The notes beneath the pieces were generated by a model. It was not told the DNA's origin and ran no database searches. It was given only the letters and a program-made list of their open reading frames with translations. Position numbers and translations under genes: made by a program. This document shows, in pieces, positions 13,161 to 30,572 of a stretch of DNA of 64,000 nucleotides. The stretch covers positions 144,763-208,762 of the forward strand of contig CAJNYD010000013.1 of NCBI GenBank assembly GCA_905331295.1. Reading direction: 5' to 3'. The stretch is from Rotaria socialis. Taxonomy: Eukaryota. Within the stretch, counting starts at the first letter, position 1. The number at the start of each line of letters is the position of its first letter.

Positions 13161-14043
13161 TTAATTTATTGATTGATTACTTTTTTTGTGATATTTATTT
13201 TTTACTTTTTATTCATAACTGAACAGATGTGTATAAAGAGAAACAAACGTCCTTTCCAATACATATATATGTATATATATATATAGATGAAAAAACAAGA
13301 GTTTGATTTCTCTGTTTTTTTTGTGTGTTATCTTTTCCGCTTTTTTTCAATATGAATGTTTGATAAATTGTCGTATTAATACCTGACGATTGTTATGATC
13401 ATTTTTTAGATTGTATAAATCGATACGTACGTGTTGTCGTGTGTCTGGCATTTCATTTGTTTGGTGATGCGACGATTAAATATAAATTCCATTTGCATTT
13501 CAGTATCCGTGTTACTTCAAATCTCTTAGTATATTGGAAGGAAGACACGGCTATGACGATGGCAACCATCAAAGGTAGATATTCTATTTACAGGGTTTTT
13601 TCTCGCCACCGCCGTTTGATGAGTCCATCATTCTATTGTTTTTATTCACCATTCATTCACTTTGACACCAGTACAATAGCAGTTGTGCTTATCGGCATTG
13701 TTGCTTTTCTCTCTCTCTCTCTCTCCGTGTATGTGTTTTTAGACTAGTGTTGCATGCTGCTGCTCTGATGTTGACGTGATGATTGTTTCCCTTCCTCACG
13801 TTCTCTCTCATTTTGCGTTTTGTTCTGCCTTGTCACGACCGACACACATACATACATCATATGATCCTGCATTTTTTTTCTTTCCTTCTCCCCTCTCTCT
13901 TCCATATGATCTTCTCCTACTAGTGCACCATTCCCATTTTTTTTTATCGGCAGTAATAATGATGTTGTTGATGATGATGATAGCCTTGTGTGCATTTATA
14001 TATTATTTTTCACATTTGTATATTTTAGTTTGTCGTTATTGGT

Positions 14044-17000
14044 ATGACTAATCCCGAGTCTCATTATCCATTCGTTCGTTGGCCAGTAAACTCGGCTTCT
14101 AATTTGACTGGCATCTATAATAAAAATCAAGACGATTGTCAGATATTTCATCCACCGGCAGCAACAAACCTTCTGACATATTTTCAACAAAAAAATCAAG
14201 CATTCACTCCTTATTCAACGTACGTAATATTTATCTAGAACCTATTTTTTGGGCCTTATGGCGAATATATAATATGATGAAGTAAATATGTACTGTAAGT
14301 GCATTTATATATGTCTATCTTAAGTCATTTTTATTGGCCTATTGGAAAATAAAATATAAATAAACGATAAAAGCATAATATATGCTTTTTTGTATTCACT
14401 AGTTTAAAATTCAATTTTTTTAGCCATCTTTAACCATATTATTTACGTAGAGTTCTGTTATTTCTCTAAAATTTAAAGAAAAAGAGCCGTAAAATAAATC
14501 AACAAAGTGACTTTTTTGAAATTTTAACAAATACGTTCTTCTTTCGAATAGACAATAAAATCAAGGCTAATTTATTCGTAAATGTTGATAATTTATCAAA
14601 AGAACACAGAAGAATTTTTTTCTATAACTCCATCCCAATTTTGTTTTCTTCTTTCTTCAAGAGATAATCATTTGAAATTATCAAATGTTGCTGTAGCTGG
14701 AATATCATCATCATCATCGTGTTCATCATATCCGAAACAGGTATCATCATCATCTCCGATTCCATTTCAACCATATCTTATAACTCCATATCATACACAA
14801 AATACTCCACCTTATTCATCATCAATGTCGAATTCAACAAATCTAACTCAAATATCCACACCTCGTAAACGTAAACAACCAATGAATGATTCATCATCAT
14901 TTTTAACACCTTCAATACCAACGAAACGATCAAATCCTCTAACTATGTTCTTTCCAAAAGTGACACCGTTCGACGGTTCAGTTGTGATGTTTCTTAACAA
15001 TAGTAAAATGACTCAAACTGATCCTTCATTCTCAATTTATACATCTAGTCAGCATCTTGATATTGAACAACAAAAAATAACAGCTGAAATTGATGAATTA
15101 CGTCGAACAAAATTAGATACGCAACGTCAATATGAATCAACAGTTGAAACAATAAAACGTTGTCTTGTTATGACACGTGCATTACTTATTGAAAAATCTC
15201 AATTAGAAAAAAAAGAAGCACGTGAAAAATCCATGGAAAATCGTTTACGTCTTGGTCAATTTGTTACACAACGACAAGGTACTTCATTTGTTGAACAATG
15301 GGTTGATGGTTTTGATTTTTTGGATAAACAACGCGCACAAGAACAATTAGCTCGAGCAAAAGAAAATCTTGATCGCGAACGAAAAAATTTAACAAAGAAA
15401 AAAACATTTTTACAACAACAAATAATGATAGCAACCACAGTTGATGAGACAACTACACTGCATAGCTATTCTAATTCTATAGATTTTAACAATCCAGTGT
15501 TTGTCCCACCAACGAAATCTAAACGAACAAATAAAGCATCAGCTATTAAAACACTCACTAGGTAAGTTTTATTTTTGACTTTTTATTTTAGTCTTTATTT
15601 TTACTAATAGAGAAAATAATTGAGAATTTTTGTTTAATAAAACTAATTATCTTTTAAGTTTGAAATATTATTAGAAATAAAAATTACTTAAACTTAATAA
15701 TAGTTTTCTATGGATTGATAGTTTACTTATTTGAAAAGGATTACAAATGTTGATAAAATTTCATAGTTTCATACGAAAGGAATTATTGATTTTTTTGGTA
15801 TATTTTAGTCAACAAAAATCTCAACCAATTTCGTCCTCATCACTTGCTGTAACATTTAATAATAATCCTTTGATGGCCTCGCCATCATTCATAGGACATC
15901 AACAAATTCAAACATTTTCTGATAATTCAAACGATGGTCATTATCTATATTCTGGTGATAATAATCCACCTATTGATAGTGGAAATTCATCATCATCATC
16001 ATCGTCTCTCATTTCAAATTCATCATCGCCTATAATGACATTACAAGATTGGTATGAATATGATGAAGTACTTCGTCTTCGACAATTAACACTCAAACGT
16101 GAAGAATGCGACTTAGCACAAGATTTAGAAAAACTTGATCGCGAAAGAAACGTTCATATAAGAGAATTAAAACGTTTATATAATGAAGATCATTCAAGAT
16201 TCAATAAAAATAATATACTTCATGAACGATACTTATTATTAACATTGATTGGTAAAGGTGGTTTCAGTGAAGTACATCGTGCTTTTGACTTACGTGAACA
16301 ACGTTATGTTGCATGTAAAATTCATCAGTTAAATAAAGAATGGAAAGATGAAAAAAAAGTGAATTATATTAAACATGCTGTTAGAGAATATAATATACAT
16401 AAACATTTAGAACATAAACGTAAGTGTTTTCACTATTCAAATATATGTTAATATATTAATAAGAAGAAATCTTTCTTTAGGTATTGTTAAATTATTTGAT
16501 GTATTTGAAATCGATACAAATTCATTTTGTACAGTCTTGGAATACTGTGATGGAAATGATTTAGATTTTTTTCTTAAACAAAACAAAACGATTCCAGAAA
16601 AAGAAGCACGTTCAATCATAATGCAAACAATAAATGCATTGAAATATCTCAATTCAGAAATAAAACCGCCTGTGGTCTGTTCTATTTAATTATTAAATAG
16701 AAAAAAAAACGAATGATCTCTTATTTTATTTTATTTTTAGATTCATTATGATTTAAAACCAGGTAATGTTCTCTTGGGAAGAGGAAATAATAGTGGTGAA
16801 ATCAAAATAACTGATTTCGGTTTATCGAAACAAATGCATGAGGATGCATTTGATGCTGATGATGGAATGGATCTTACATCTCAAGGTACATAAAAATTAA
16901 ATCGATTAAAAGTTTATTGATTAACGATTTTTATTTTTTTTTGTTCTAGGTGCTGGTACTTATTGGTATCTACCACCGGAAGTATTTGTTCAAGGTCCTA

Positions 17001-17378
17001 ATCCTCCTAAGATTTCATCTAAGGTTGATGTTTGGAGTATTGGCTGTAAGTTAAACATCTTGGTTTCGCTTTTGATTTATTTCATTCATTTCTATTTTAG
17101 GTATTTTCTATCAATGTCTATATGGTCGAAAGCCATACGGTCATAATTTATCTCAAGCAGCTATATTAGAAAATCAAACAATTTTAAATGCCAAAGAAAT
17201 TCAATTTCCTAATCGACCGCAAGTATCCAACGAAGCGAAATCTTTCATTCGTCGATGTTTAACTTATCAAGTCCGTGATCGTCCCGATGTTTTACAATTG
17301 AGTGAAGATGAATATTTGAAATCTAATCCAAAACGTACAACAGCTACAACTTCTTCGCAACTTTTTTGTCCCAAATAA
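14044..17378 (+). CDS. TLK: Tousled-like Ser/Thr kinase
   Basis: Coiled coil with [23 protein letters not shown] and [12 protein letters not shown]. Kinase motifs [54 protein letters not shown]8-type KMTQT motif. Stop at 17376-17378. Confidence 0.96.
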
Positions 17379-17778
17379 CTCTCTGTAAATTATAATCTTT
17401 GTTTCTCTACTTATACTAGTAAACCAACAGTAAATGACGGCCTGTTCTTCGTTCACTCTCTTGTGAAATAAAAACAATCTGTGCATGAGAATAAAGAAAA
17501 TGGAATAAAAACTCACAATACTGCAGGTATATTTAGTCAGAAATAGGCTATTCTGCTCTTTAATGAGATTAAAGAAAGAAAAAAAAATATCCATATTCTG
17601 CTCTATGCGTGGAATAGACAATGAAAATATGCGAAGAAAATCGAATTAAAGATTGAATTTGTTTTTGTTTTTACTTTAAGAATTTGATTGGCATCAGTAA
17701 ACGATAGGTCACAATTGAATTAAAATCTGATAGGATTTTTTCTTCATGTTTGTTTTGATTATGACTTTGATCATTTAA

Positions 17779-18157
17779 CCCTTTCCGCTCGACTGCTGCC
17801 AAATGACAATATTTCTATAGTTGATTGTCCTGATACACTAACTGATTTATTTTGGCGATGCAATAGACCAACAGATCTAAGAAGGACAATTAATTAATAA
17901 TAGTCCTCTAAAATCAGTTACTCATGTGTACAATACAAATAGGTTTTACGATTTAGATGTTCTTTTGAAACTTTTCAAGTAGATGCAGAGATATTTTCAG
18001 CAACAAGAATTGTTTGTCTTGCGAACCATAACTATTGTATTGACATGTTGTATAGTAATTATTGAATTGTCAAAATACTATATATCAGTGCTTGTAGCAC
18101 TGATATTCGGCAAATATTGGCTTAATGTTACCATATGACAACGCCCGGACGAAAAGG
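17779..18157. mobile_element. Degenerate piggyBac-like MITE
   Basis: Left end TTAA|CCCTTTCCGCTCG...; right end (reverse complement) CCTTTTCGTCCG..., followed by TGAA. About 35-bp imperfect TIR. Confidence 0.45.
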
Positions 18158-19229
18158 TGAAACTTTAACCTCAAACAGAGGACAGATCAATTATACAAAG
18201 CAAATTCAATATTCTGACAAGGGCATTTCAACTGATTATTTATTAATGTTGGACCACGAGACTGAGTTAATCAACCATTAAAGTCCACATAATAAGATTT
18301 GAGAAAAATAAATAAAAAAAAACATTTCAATTAAGATGAAAACAAGTTTAATTTGCCAAGAAATCTGAATCAACTTGATAAACACTGATTGTGCAAGTAG
18401 CTACCAATAGTAGTTTCATCACTACAGCATAGTCTTATTCTTTATCTTTATCTTTGACAAGATCGAATTCACCAAATTTATCACGTAATAATAATTGATA
18501 TGATTGATTGTTATTTGTTTATTCTGAAATATCTTGGTTAATTTGATGCGTCAGTCACTTCTAAAAAGTTTTACACTTTGTATTCGAAGCTATCTGTTTG
18601 AATGTATGCATCTACAACTGTAAGATCTCCATATTTCAGAAAGTCTAATTAACTGTCAACGCTCTATGTGAGATATTTTATGACGATCCACAGGATAGCT
18701 CAATATTGCATACTTAATTAAGTATCTAATGTAAAGTTTCATTTCCATTAAGAAACAAAAAAGAATCATTTGCTACTTGTATTGTCTTATCTATAACGAA
18801 TGTTATAATTATTCGTATAAAATGTATTCAACAGTACTGATGTATTTGATTCTTTAAAATATATAGTTTTCTACAATTCCTGAGTAATCGAATCATATGA
18901 ATATTTTGAACCTTTATTTTATGCATGAGATAATAAAATCACTAAGATTCTTAATATATCATATCATGCATGCGATTAAGTAAACGATTGGTTGCTTTAT
19001 TACATTGATTTGATAATTAAGATAGGCAAGAGTCCAATAGTATAATTGTAAAGCTCCAACATGTGACTCATGATGCATTGTATTGATGAACAACTTTACA
19101 AAATCACTAGTTTCTTGTAACACGACTCTTTGCTTATCTTGCTATAGCGATGTTCGTAGTAAGAATCATTCATCCGTTTACTGTCAATAATATGTGTTGT
19201 AATTAATCAAACAGTTTTCTAAATATCAA

Positions 19230-19710
19230 ATCAACAGTATGAACTAATTGAAGCCGATTTTTAATAAATTTACGAAAATAAATAAAAGAACAGATTTTTA
19301 CCAGTCACCAAATATAATATACTCGTCAGTAAATATGATAACCATATATTATCTGAATAATATGAAAATGTTTTTCGCCAATTTCAATCGTGAATATTCT
19401 TTATTTCGGTAGCTATATGCTGCTCTGCTTAACTTTGTTCACACAGGAGCAAGCAAATAGTCTTACCGAAATCTTTGTTATTAAATTACTTACTCATAAA
19501 AATATTAAATAATAAGATCGGATCAAATATTTTCGTTAAATTAGAATCTTTTTTAACCCAATTCTTCATAACATTGATACAAGCACTACGAAACTTTCCA
19601 GTAACATTTTCTAATAGGTCAAACAAAGAAACATTTCCAAATTCTTATCAGAATTTGCTTGAGACGATTGTGATTCGATCGGGTGATGATAACTGGTGAA
19701 ATGTCTAGTG
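19230..19710 (-). pseudogene. Decayed coding exons, possibly nuclear-receptor ligand-binding-domain-like
   Basis: An AG...GTAAG-bounded exon translates TFHQLSSPDRITIVSSKF**...DSNLTKIFDPILLFNIFM, with a downstream FHIIQIIY...FRKFIKNRLQL. In-frame stops are present. The family assignment is by eye only. Confidence 0.3.
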
Positions 19711-20374
19711 AAAAACAAATATCACTTCTAAAAATTAATTATGATGAAGTATGAATGAGAGAAATAAAACAAATAGGACCAACAGTCGCATGCAACGGTT
19801 GCTTAACGATAATTAATCTTTCTACATAAAACTCAATTGAAAGACTATATCACACATGGTAAGATCAAGTGAAGAAATTACCGAGAAGACCGCATCAACA
19901 GAAAATATATAGCCGAGAAAAACTCGAATGAAACAAATTTCTGGAGATAATGACGTAACGGTTGAGTGTCGATCAAGTCTGATATCTAAATCAAATAGAT
20001 GAGTAAATATGTCAATGGCACTACTTTTCTGAACTACGAATCTTTCTATATTTACGTGAAATCGCATTGCTACTTTCTGTCTAATCGGTCACGCCGACCT
20101 TGTTATGATTCAACGTGAATAAAAAATCTCGTGCATCTCTGAAATGGCTTTCATATTTTTCTGTGAGGTAGCCTTGCACAACGGACTAGACTTAGAAAAG
20201 AGAACAGTGAAATATGATTGATTTCATTTTTAAAGAAATATCAGTGTAATAATAACACCATCTCCTGTATATAGTAGGACCACGACAGCTCCAGCTCACG
20301 AACCGGGTTCAAACGAACCGATAAACTGTTTTGAACAGTTCATCAGTTCGGAACTGTTTCCGAACTGTTACAGT

Positions 20375-21053
20375 CATCGGCGGGCCATCAGAGGGCAGTT
20401 GGTGGCAATTGCCACACCTGAAAAAATTATTGTTGCACTTGAAAAATTATTAGTGGATACATCCAAGGGTGTCGCGACAGCAGGGGATGAGACGGGGGTG
20501 ACCCGATCCAAATATTCAAAAATTGTCTTGCATTATATTTCACAAAATGAAATGCATAGTACCTTAAGCACAATTTTACAAATTAGCCTTAGTATTGCGA
20601 AAAGTCAAACTCAAAAATCCGGAAAAAATTCCAGAAATAGTCAAAATTTCGCCAAAAAGCCTCGAAAGCATCAGATATATTCCAGAAAAACCCTGCAAAA
20701 ATGCTGAAAAGCTCTGAAAAAATCAGGATAAATTCCGAAAAATTCGAAAACAAGCAGAAAAATCTGAAAATCCCTAAAAAATCTCGAAAAAATGAAGAAA
20801 AAAGCGTAGACAAAATGCCAAAAGAATTCCACAATTAGGAAGATCTGGCAACACTGGTTATTCCTCGTCAAGATTTTTGAAAAGTAGAATTTCATAAGTT
20901 ACCCACCCGCCAATTTTCGTTGCTCGTGACACCCCTGGATATGTCTATCATTTTGTATACATATGCCGTACCCAAAACATGGCTGTGTTTTAAAAAAATT
21001 GGTATTATTATTTATTGCCACCCCTCCATATGAGACGCTATGACCCGCCGATG
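20375..21053. mobile_element. hAT-type MITE, middle nested element
   Basis: TIRs CATCGGCGGGCCAT / CATCGGCGGGTCAT. 8-bp TSD GTTACAGT (20367-20374) / GTTATAGT (21054-21061). Confidence 0.85.
20464..20937. mobile_element. hAT-type MITE, innermost nested element
   Basis: TIRs CAAGGGTGTCGCGA / CAGGGGTGTCACGA. 8-bp TSD GATACATC (20456-20463) / GATATGTC (20938-20945). Internal degenerate A-rich tandem repeats. Confidence 0.8.
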
Positions 21054-21450
21054 GTTATAGTCCTAGTATATGGCGTCATCTAGCGACATAGTTTGATATA
21101 GAAACAATGTTTATCAAGTAATTGGTACAGTGATCATTTCTTTGTTCATCTTCTTGATGAAAATTTCGATTTACAAAAATCTGACGACATAGTTGTACGA
21201 CCTATACGCTGTTAACATAGTATCTGAACTGATGTGTAAAAAAACAGTCAGCAGGAAGTGCTCAAAATAATAATGATCAAAGTAGACCGTTTTTTATTCG
21301 ATTTTTTGTGTTCACCATTTGTTCAAAGCTCGAATTATAAGAGTATATCAGCCTTATCTCATAGTAATGTATTCCTCGCCTCGATTTGTCTTTATTATAG
21401 CTTCTAGGGATGTAACGCCCTTTCCCTTAACATATTTTGAACCCTTTCAG

Positions 21451-22195
21451 ATGTCTCGTCTTCCACTCCAAGCCATGAACTTCGCTAATCAGCAAGTTGG
21501 TGCAATTCTATATTGCATGTTTTCTCTGCATGAACATACTAACATACTGTTTTTACTATATTAAATTTGTCTTTATCTCTTGTTTTTGTTTAGAATATGG
21601 CTGTTCAAAACAACAACAACATTCCGCCAGCTCCACCATTTCAAGGTTTTGTTGTTTTCTTGCAGCAACAGCAACAGTCCTGGTCCAAGAAAACGGCGCG
21701 TAAATGACCGTAGAAACGGTATAAAACGTTGAAAAACGGCGCTGTGTTCCGTCAGCTAGGAAAACGACGAATATACTGTTAAAAACGATGGCCGTTTTCT
21801 CGCCGAAAAAACGGTCCGTAAAACGAGCTGACGGATTACGGCGAAATAAGGTGAAAATTAACGCCTCATTATATCATTTTATAGCCGTTTCAGGCCTGTT
21901 AAGAAGACCGCTCCGGTGGCCTGAATGGTTGTCCTGGGAGCTGCAACAACAAAGTAAGCTCTACAGTTCATTGTAATATCGGATTTAATGTTATATTTTT
22001 ACCTTTTTAGGCAGTGTTAACCGTGGTCGCACGCGTCATCTTGGCCTTGGTGGTATTTGTCGTGGTTGTGACCGTACTCGAGCTGGTGGTGTTCTTCGTC
22101 ACAATGGTCTTACTCGAGTTGGTGATCGTGTTCGTGGTGGTTCTGGTGAGATTGGTGGTGGTAAAAAAATATCCACTCGGCGTGCTACTCATTAA
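21451..22195 (+). pseudogene. Small 3-exon Gln-rich/Arg-Gly-rich gene interrupted by a MITE
   Basis: GT-AG introns at 21496-21593 and 21954-22010. Removing 21678-21940 restores one 108-codon frame ending TAA at 22193-22195, with AATAAA downstream. Confidence 0.6.
21678..21938. mobile_element. MITE with CCCAGG...CCTGGG-type ends and 2-bp TSD (CMC/CACTA-like)
   Basis: Left end TCCTGGTC (degenerate), right end GTCCTGGG, flanked by AG on both sides. Internal AAACGG/CCGT repeats. Confidence 0.65.
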
Positions 22196-23568
22196 CTAGT
22201 TTTTTTTTTGTTCTTGTAAATTTTTTCTTCAATGTTAAATAATAAATAAAATATACGTGAAAAACACAGGTTACGTACAGGCATTTTGACAACTTGCAAC
22301 GAATGTGTCTAGAGAATGATAAGAGGGAGAGACTTGTAATTTTTAATAGATATATAAGTAGACAAATTCTATAATAGTTGAAAGTTTGAGCCTCAGCCTC
22401 TAGCTGTTTGGATTTTAATTATCAGTAAAATACAGGTCGATAACGCACAGACAGAAAAGGTTCTTGGCAGGTACGAAACAAGTGTAAACCCTGCAAACTA
22501 CTCCATGTTAATGAATTGCGCGAGAGAGGACTTTGTAGCTAAAAGTCAGGACTACCTTTTGGTAAAGAGAAAATACTGATACCTAGAAAAATCAGTGAGC
22601 TATTAACAAAACATTTGGTAGCGCACAGACACAGACATGAATCTTTTAAACAAAATCCTATATATAAAATTTTATTTCGCATTTGAAAATATTGGTCTAG
22701 AACATCAAATCAAAGTAATGATGTTCATTTGTTGTTCAAGCGGCCACTACTATTTTTATGTCTAATAATGTGTCCATTTTGGAAATATGATTAGAAACAA
22801 AAGTATTTCCAAGGCTTTTGTCACAAAAATGCTGAATATTGACCGGTAACTACTATTTCTTCTTCTAATTATTAAAAAGAAATTGCATACATCGACGCAG
22901 AATATACGAAAACCTACATAAAAACTTTAAACAAATAAGTCGGTCGTTTTGTATCCGAGAATTTCAGTGCTCAACTTCAATGATGCTGGTTGACCGTTAG
23001 CCGTTTTTCATGTATAGTATTTCATTTGAACTAATTTTTTCGACTTGAAGTTTGTTAAATCTCTTTTCTCAATAATTGAAATATATATATATATATATAT
23101 ATGTATTCGCACTAAGTTATTTGGTAACTTCGAATGTGACTTGTTCTTGACCTTGAAGCTCTTTCATGTTTGGCAAGCCACTTGAATGAGTTTTTCATTA
23201 TAAAAAATTGCCCTATATTAATATATATATATATATATCTTATATGAATATTGCTTTCAAAATCCTATATACATTCCTATATATGTGGGATGGCTCGCTA
23301 CGAAGCCTGAAAAACATTAAAATACATTTGAGAATTCATCAAATCTGCATTAACAATCTATGTTCACAATATATGTCATCCGTTGTGATTATTGCAGAGA
23401 AGAATAAAGACAGAGAAAAGAAGGAAAGCTTGATGACAATGGTAAATAGCAGAAACAGAAACAGAAACAGAAATGGATGAGAAAGACGCACACATGTACA
23501 GAAATCAACCCTTGTTCATTGACCGAAATCACAACAATAACGATAAATGAGTCCGAGCACTGATAATG

Positions 23569-23601
<33 letters not shown>
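23569..23601. repeat. (AAT)n microsatellite downstream of the MSK stop codon
   Basis: About 11 perfect trinucleotide units. Confidence 0.9.
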
Positions 23602-23718
23602 GTGGTGATTGAAGAAAGATGTCTGTTTGTTTTCAAAACAAAAATATCATACATAGAAAAAGAAACAACTAGGAAAATGCTAAAGTGAATAATTTATAGC
23701 GAAAATAAAAGAGAGACT

Positions 23719-27819
<4,101 letters not shown>

Positions 27820-28199
27820 AGTTTGATTGAATTTAATTTTGATAAATCGTCATCTGAAAGAATTCAAATGATTTTTTCTTTTTTTTTATCCTATTGATAT
27901 TCATTCATTCATTCTTCGAAATTCTTCATCGGTTCAACTTATTTCTTTTTATTGGGATGAGTCATTTAGCTGTCTGTACTCTTATTTTGTCTGATTGGAG
28001 AACTATATGAAGCATGTATACTAGCGCCGCAGATTATTTCCTCACATATTTAAATAAATTAGATGTCAAACGTGTTCGAACACAATCGATTTTTAATCAA
28101 CAAACATTTTATTCTTTAAATAAAAGCAAATCAATTCCATATAATACAACTATTTCACTAATAGTAATACGTTTTTACATTTGAAAAACATTTCCCTCG

Positions 28200-28363
28200 C
28201 AGTGGTTTTAATGATTAGTGTACTCTAGCAGAGAAAGTGTACGTACACTCTGTTTTTTTGAGAATACACTTTGTTTTCCCATGAAGTACACTCTGAAAAT
28301 AAAATTATTGGCTCAGCAGGGTGTACGCGTACACTGTGCTTCGAAATCCTATTAAAAATACTG
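28200..28363. mobile_element. 164-bp hAT-type MITE
   Basis: TIRs CAGTGGTTTTAAT / CAGTATTTTTAAT. Perfect 8-bp TSD TTCCCTCG (28192-28199, 28364-28371). Internal GTGTACG(C)GTACAC palindromes. Confidence 0.88.
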
Positions 28364-30111
28364 TTCCCTCGAATGACGAATGATCCAAATTTACTCATAC
28401 AAATATAGAACTGAATTCTTTAGAAATAAGAGAAATAGATGAAATTGAATGAGTTTTCATAAAATGTACGAGATGATGTTCTAAGACGTTGTTGATCTCT
28501 TTTTATTCTGGTTGTAAGCAAAACAAATATCATTTCAGTTAGTATTTAAAGGACATCGACATTGATAATAATAGGAAAAATTACGGAATATACTTTAAAT
28601 GTATGAATAACATATGAAGTTGCATTTGTGTGGTGTATTCAATTTAGAATAATAAATGGTGTACCTTGTAATTGATGCATAGTCATGGCAAAAAATGTGT
28701 GTTTTATCGTTTTAAATGAGCACTATTTTAAATAATGAGTTAAGTAGTTCATACATATAAAAATGTCATCTTCAGTATGAGAAGAAACTGTTACTTACAG
28801 TTTATCGTGTTTAATCGTCAGGTGTTAGTTTTAATGTTAAGATGTCAAATGAGGAGATTTATCGAGTAAAAATTGTTAATGAATATTTTTCTTGTGACAT
28901 ATTACAATAAACTGTGAAAAGCGTTGAAAAAAAGTTCATACGTGACAATCGATTTTTAATAATTTGTTTTTCTTCATTTACATAGTATAGTTATGGTTGT
29001 TTATATTCTTTTTTCTTAAAAATTTGACTTTAGACCTGTGTGTGGTAAATATACAATTGCCGAGCAAAAAATGGTCTATTGCCATCACTGCTGTGTACAA
29101 AATAATAATAGTACTAAAATTTTCTACAACGTACACTTCATTTAAATAGTTTTAAAGTAAAAAATAACTCATGAATTGTATTGTCATTCTATGTAACAGA
29201 GTACAAAAAAAGATATTCGAGTATGTTATCATTTAGAAAAGGAAATAAATTCACAATTAGACTTACGTACGATACAGTCAATACATTGATGTATAAGTCT
29301 AGCATAAACATACTCAGAAAATAAACGTTTATTTTTTTGTATAATAGCCAATAACAACTGATATAAATTATTCACAATTGTATCTTGTAGGCTTTCATGT
29401 AATAAACGAGCTTAGAGAACAATGAAAAAACTAAAGTTTTTCAATAAAAAAGTGCTGGCAAAATTTTTCAAAAAAACTCTATCTGAAATGTCTTATTTTA
29501 TAATTAATTGTTTTTGATTAAATTTTTCATTTTCTTAAATACATGTGACAGGTGAGTTTGGAATGACGACATTGTAGCTTTTTAATTACAAATAGCTTCA
29601 ACATATTTGAATAATAAACATGATCATTTTCTCGAGTATGCTCTCTGATTTTCTATAAAGCTAATAAATCATTTGCATATATATGTTTAATCTAGGAAAA
29701 TAGCAAAACTGAATCATTAGATCAATTTAGTTAAACTCTTTTTCTTTTCTTGTCAAAACATTTGTTTTTTGCAATTGCAATAGATTTTCACTGATACTTT
29801 TCTTCAATGAATGAGGGAGAGGTGAAAGAGTTAAAAATTGGTTGCAGTGTTAAATAAAAGTTTACATATTAAACCAGTTCTTTACTGTTGTTTCAAATCA
29901 GGCATGACCTTACCAGGAGCGTAAATAGGACGGGATGAGGAGGAGGGGGGGAGGGGTGACGGCGCCGTGTGTCGTCATGTGTCTTGGTTTCTGATTTCGC
30001 GCGAGTTTCTCGCTATATGCTTTTTTTCTCTCTATCGTCTTCATCGCTGTTTCTTTGTCGCGTTTGAAATTGAATTATGTTATGTTTGGCGCATCTAGTT
30101 AGTTGATACAT

Positions 30112-30173
30112 CCCAGGACGATTGATCCGACAGTTGGACCCTATCGGATCCTATTGGTCAGTTTCACCCTGAG
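30112..30173. mobile_element. 62-bp MITE of the CCCAGG-ended family
   Basis: Begins CCCAGG, ends CCTGAG, with an AT dinucleotide on both sides and internal GATCCGA/TCGGATC inverted motifs. Confidence 0.55.
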
Positions 30174-30334
30174 ATTTTGTTCTGTCTATGAGAGTGTGAA
30201 AATTATTACGAGAGCTTAAAGATTTATATAATACATTATGTGATTCTATCTAAAATATCAACTATTAAAAGAATCATTATTCATTTTTAATCTTAATAAT
30301 TATATGAAACTAACATTGCCGAATTAACTAAACA

Positions 30335-30572
30335 TCGCACCCCCGTCAGGGATGGTCTGATCAAGAATGACAATTGTTTCGATAACTCAGCCATTTCTTG
30401 ACGGATCCTTCTCATCTTCGAACTCGACCGAGATATTGATGAGACAATTCTGTGCATAAAATTTCTGCTCAATCGAATGTAATTGTGAAGAGTTATCGAA
30501 TAAACGGACGGACGGCCCCGGACACACTGACCGATTCTATCGTGTACTCGTTTTTTTTTGAGTTCACAAAAA
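30335..30572 (+). mobile_element. HINE/DINE-1-like non-autonomous Helentron
   Basis: GAGTTATCG followed by (GGAC)n microsatellite units and a 3' stem-loop GTGTACTC-loop-GAGTTCAC ending in an A-run, the layout known for DINE-1/HINE elements. Confidence 0.55.

Larger units (their letters stand above)
20275..21065. mobile_element. hAT-type MITE, outermost of three nested elements
   Basis: TIRs TAGGACCACGACAGCTC / TAGGACTGTAACAGTTC. 8-bp TSD GTATATAG (20267-20274) / GTATATGG (21066-21073). Confidence 0.75.

Noticed and set aside
13439..14051. Several ORFs upstream of TLK
   Set aside because: They run through microsatellite-rich probable 5' UTR/promoter sequence with biased composition and no splice or domain support.
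20399..20895. Overlapping 74-102 aa ORFs on both strands
   Set aside because: They arise from low-complexity A-rich repeats inside the nested MITEs and have no domain similarity.
22007..22199. Val-rich and Thr-rich 61-aa ORFs
   Set aside because: They are alternative frames of the GGT/CGT-rich last exon of the reconstructed RG-rich gene.
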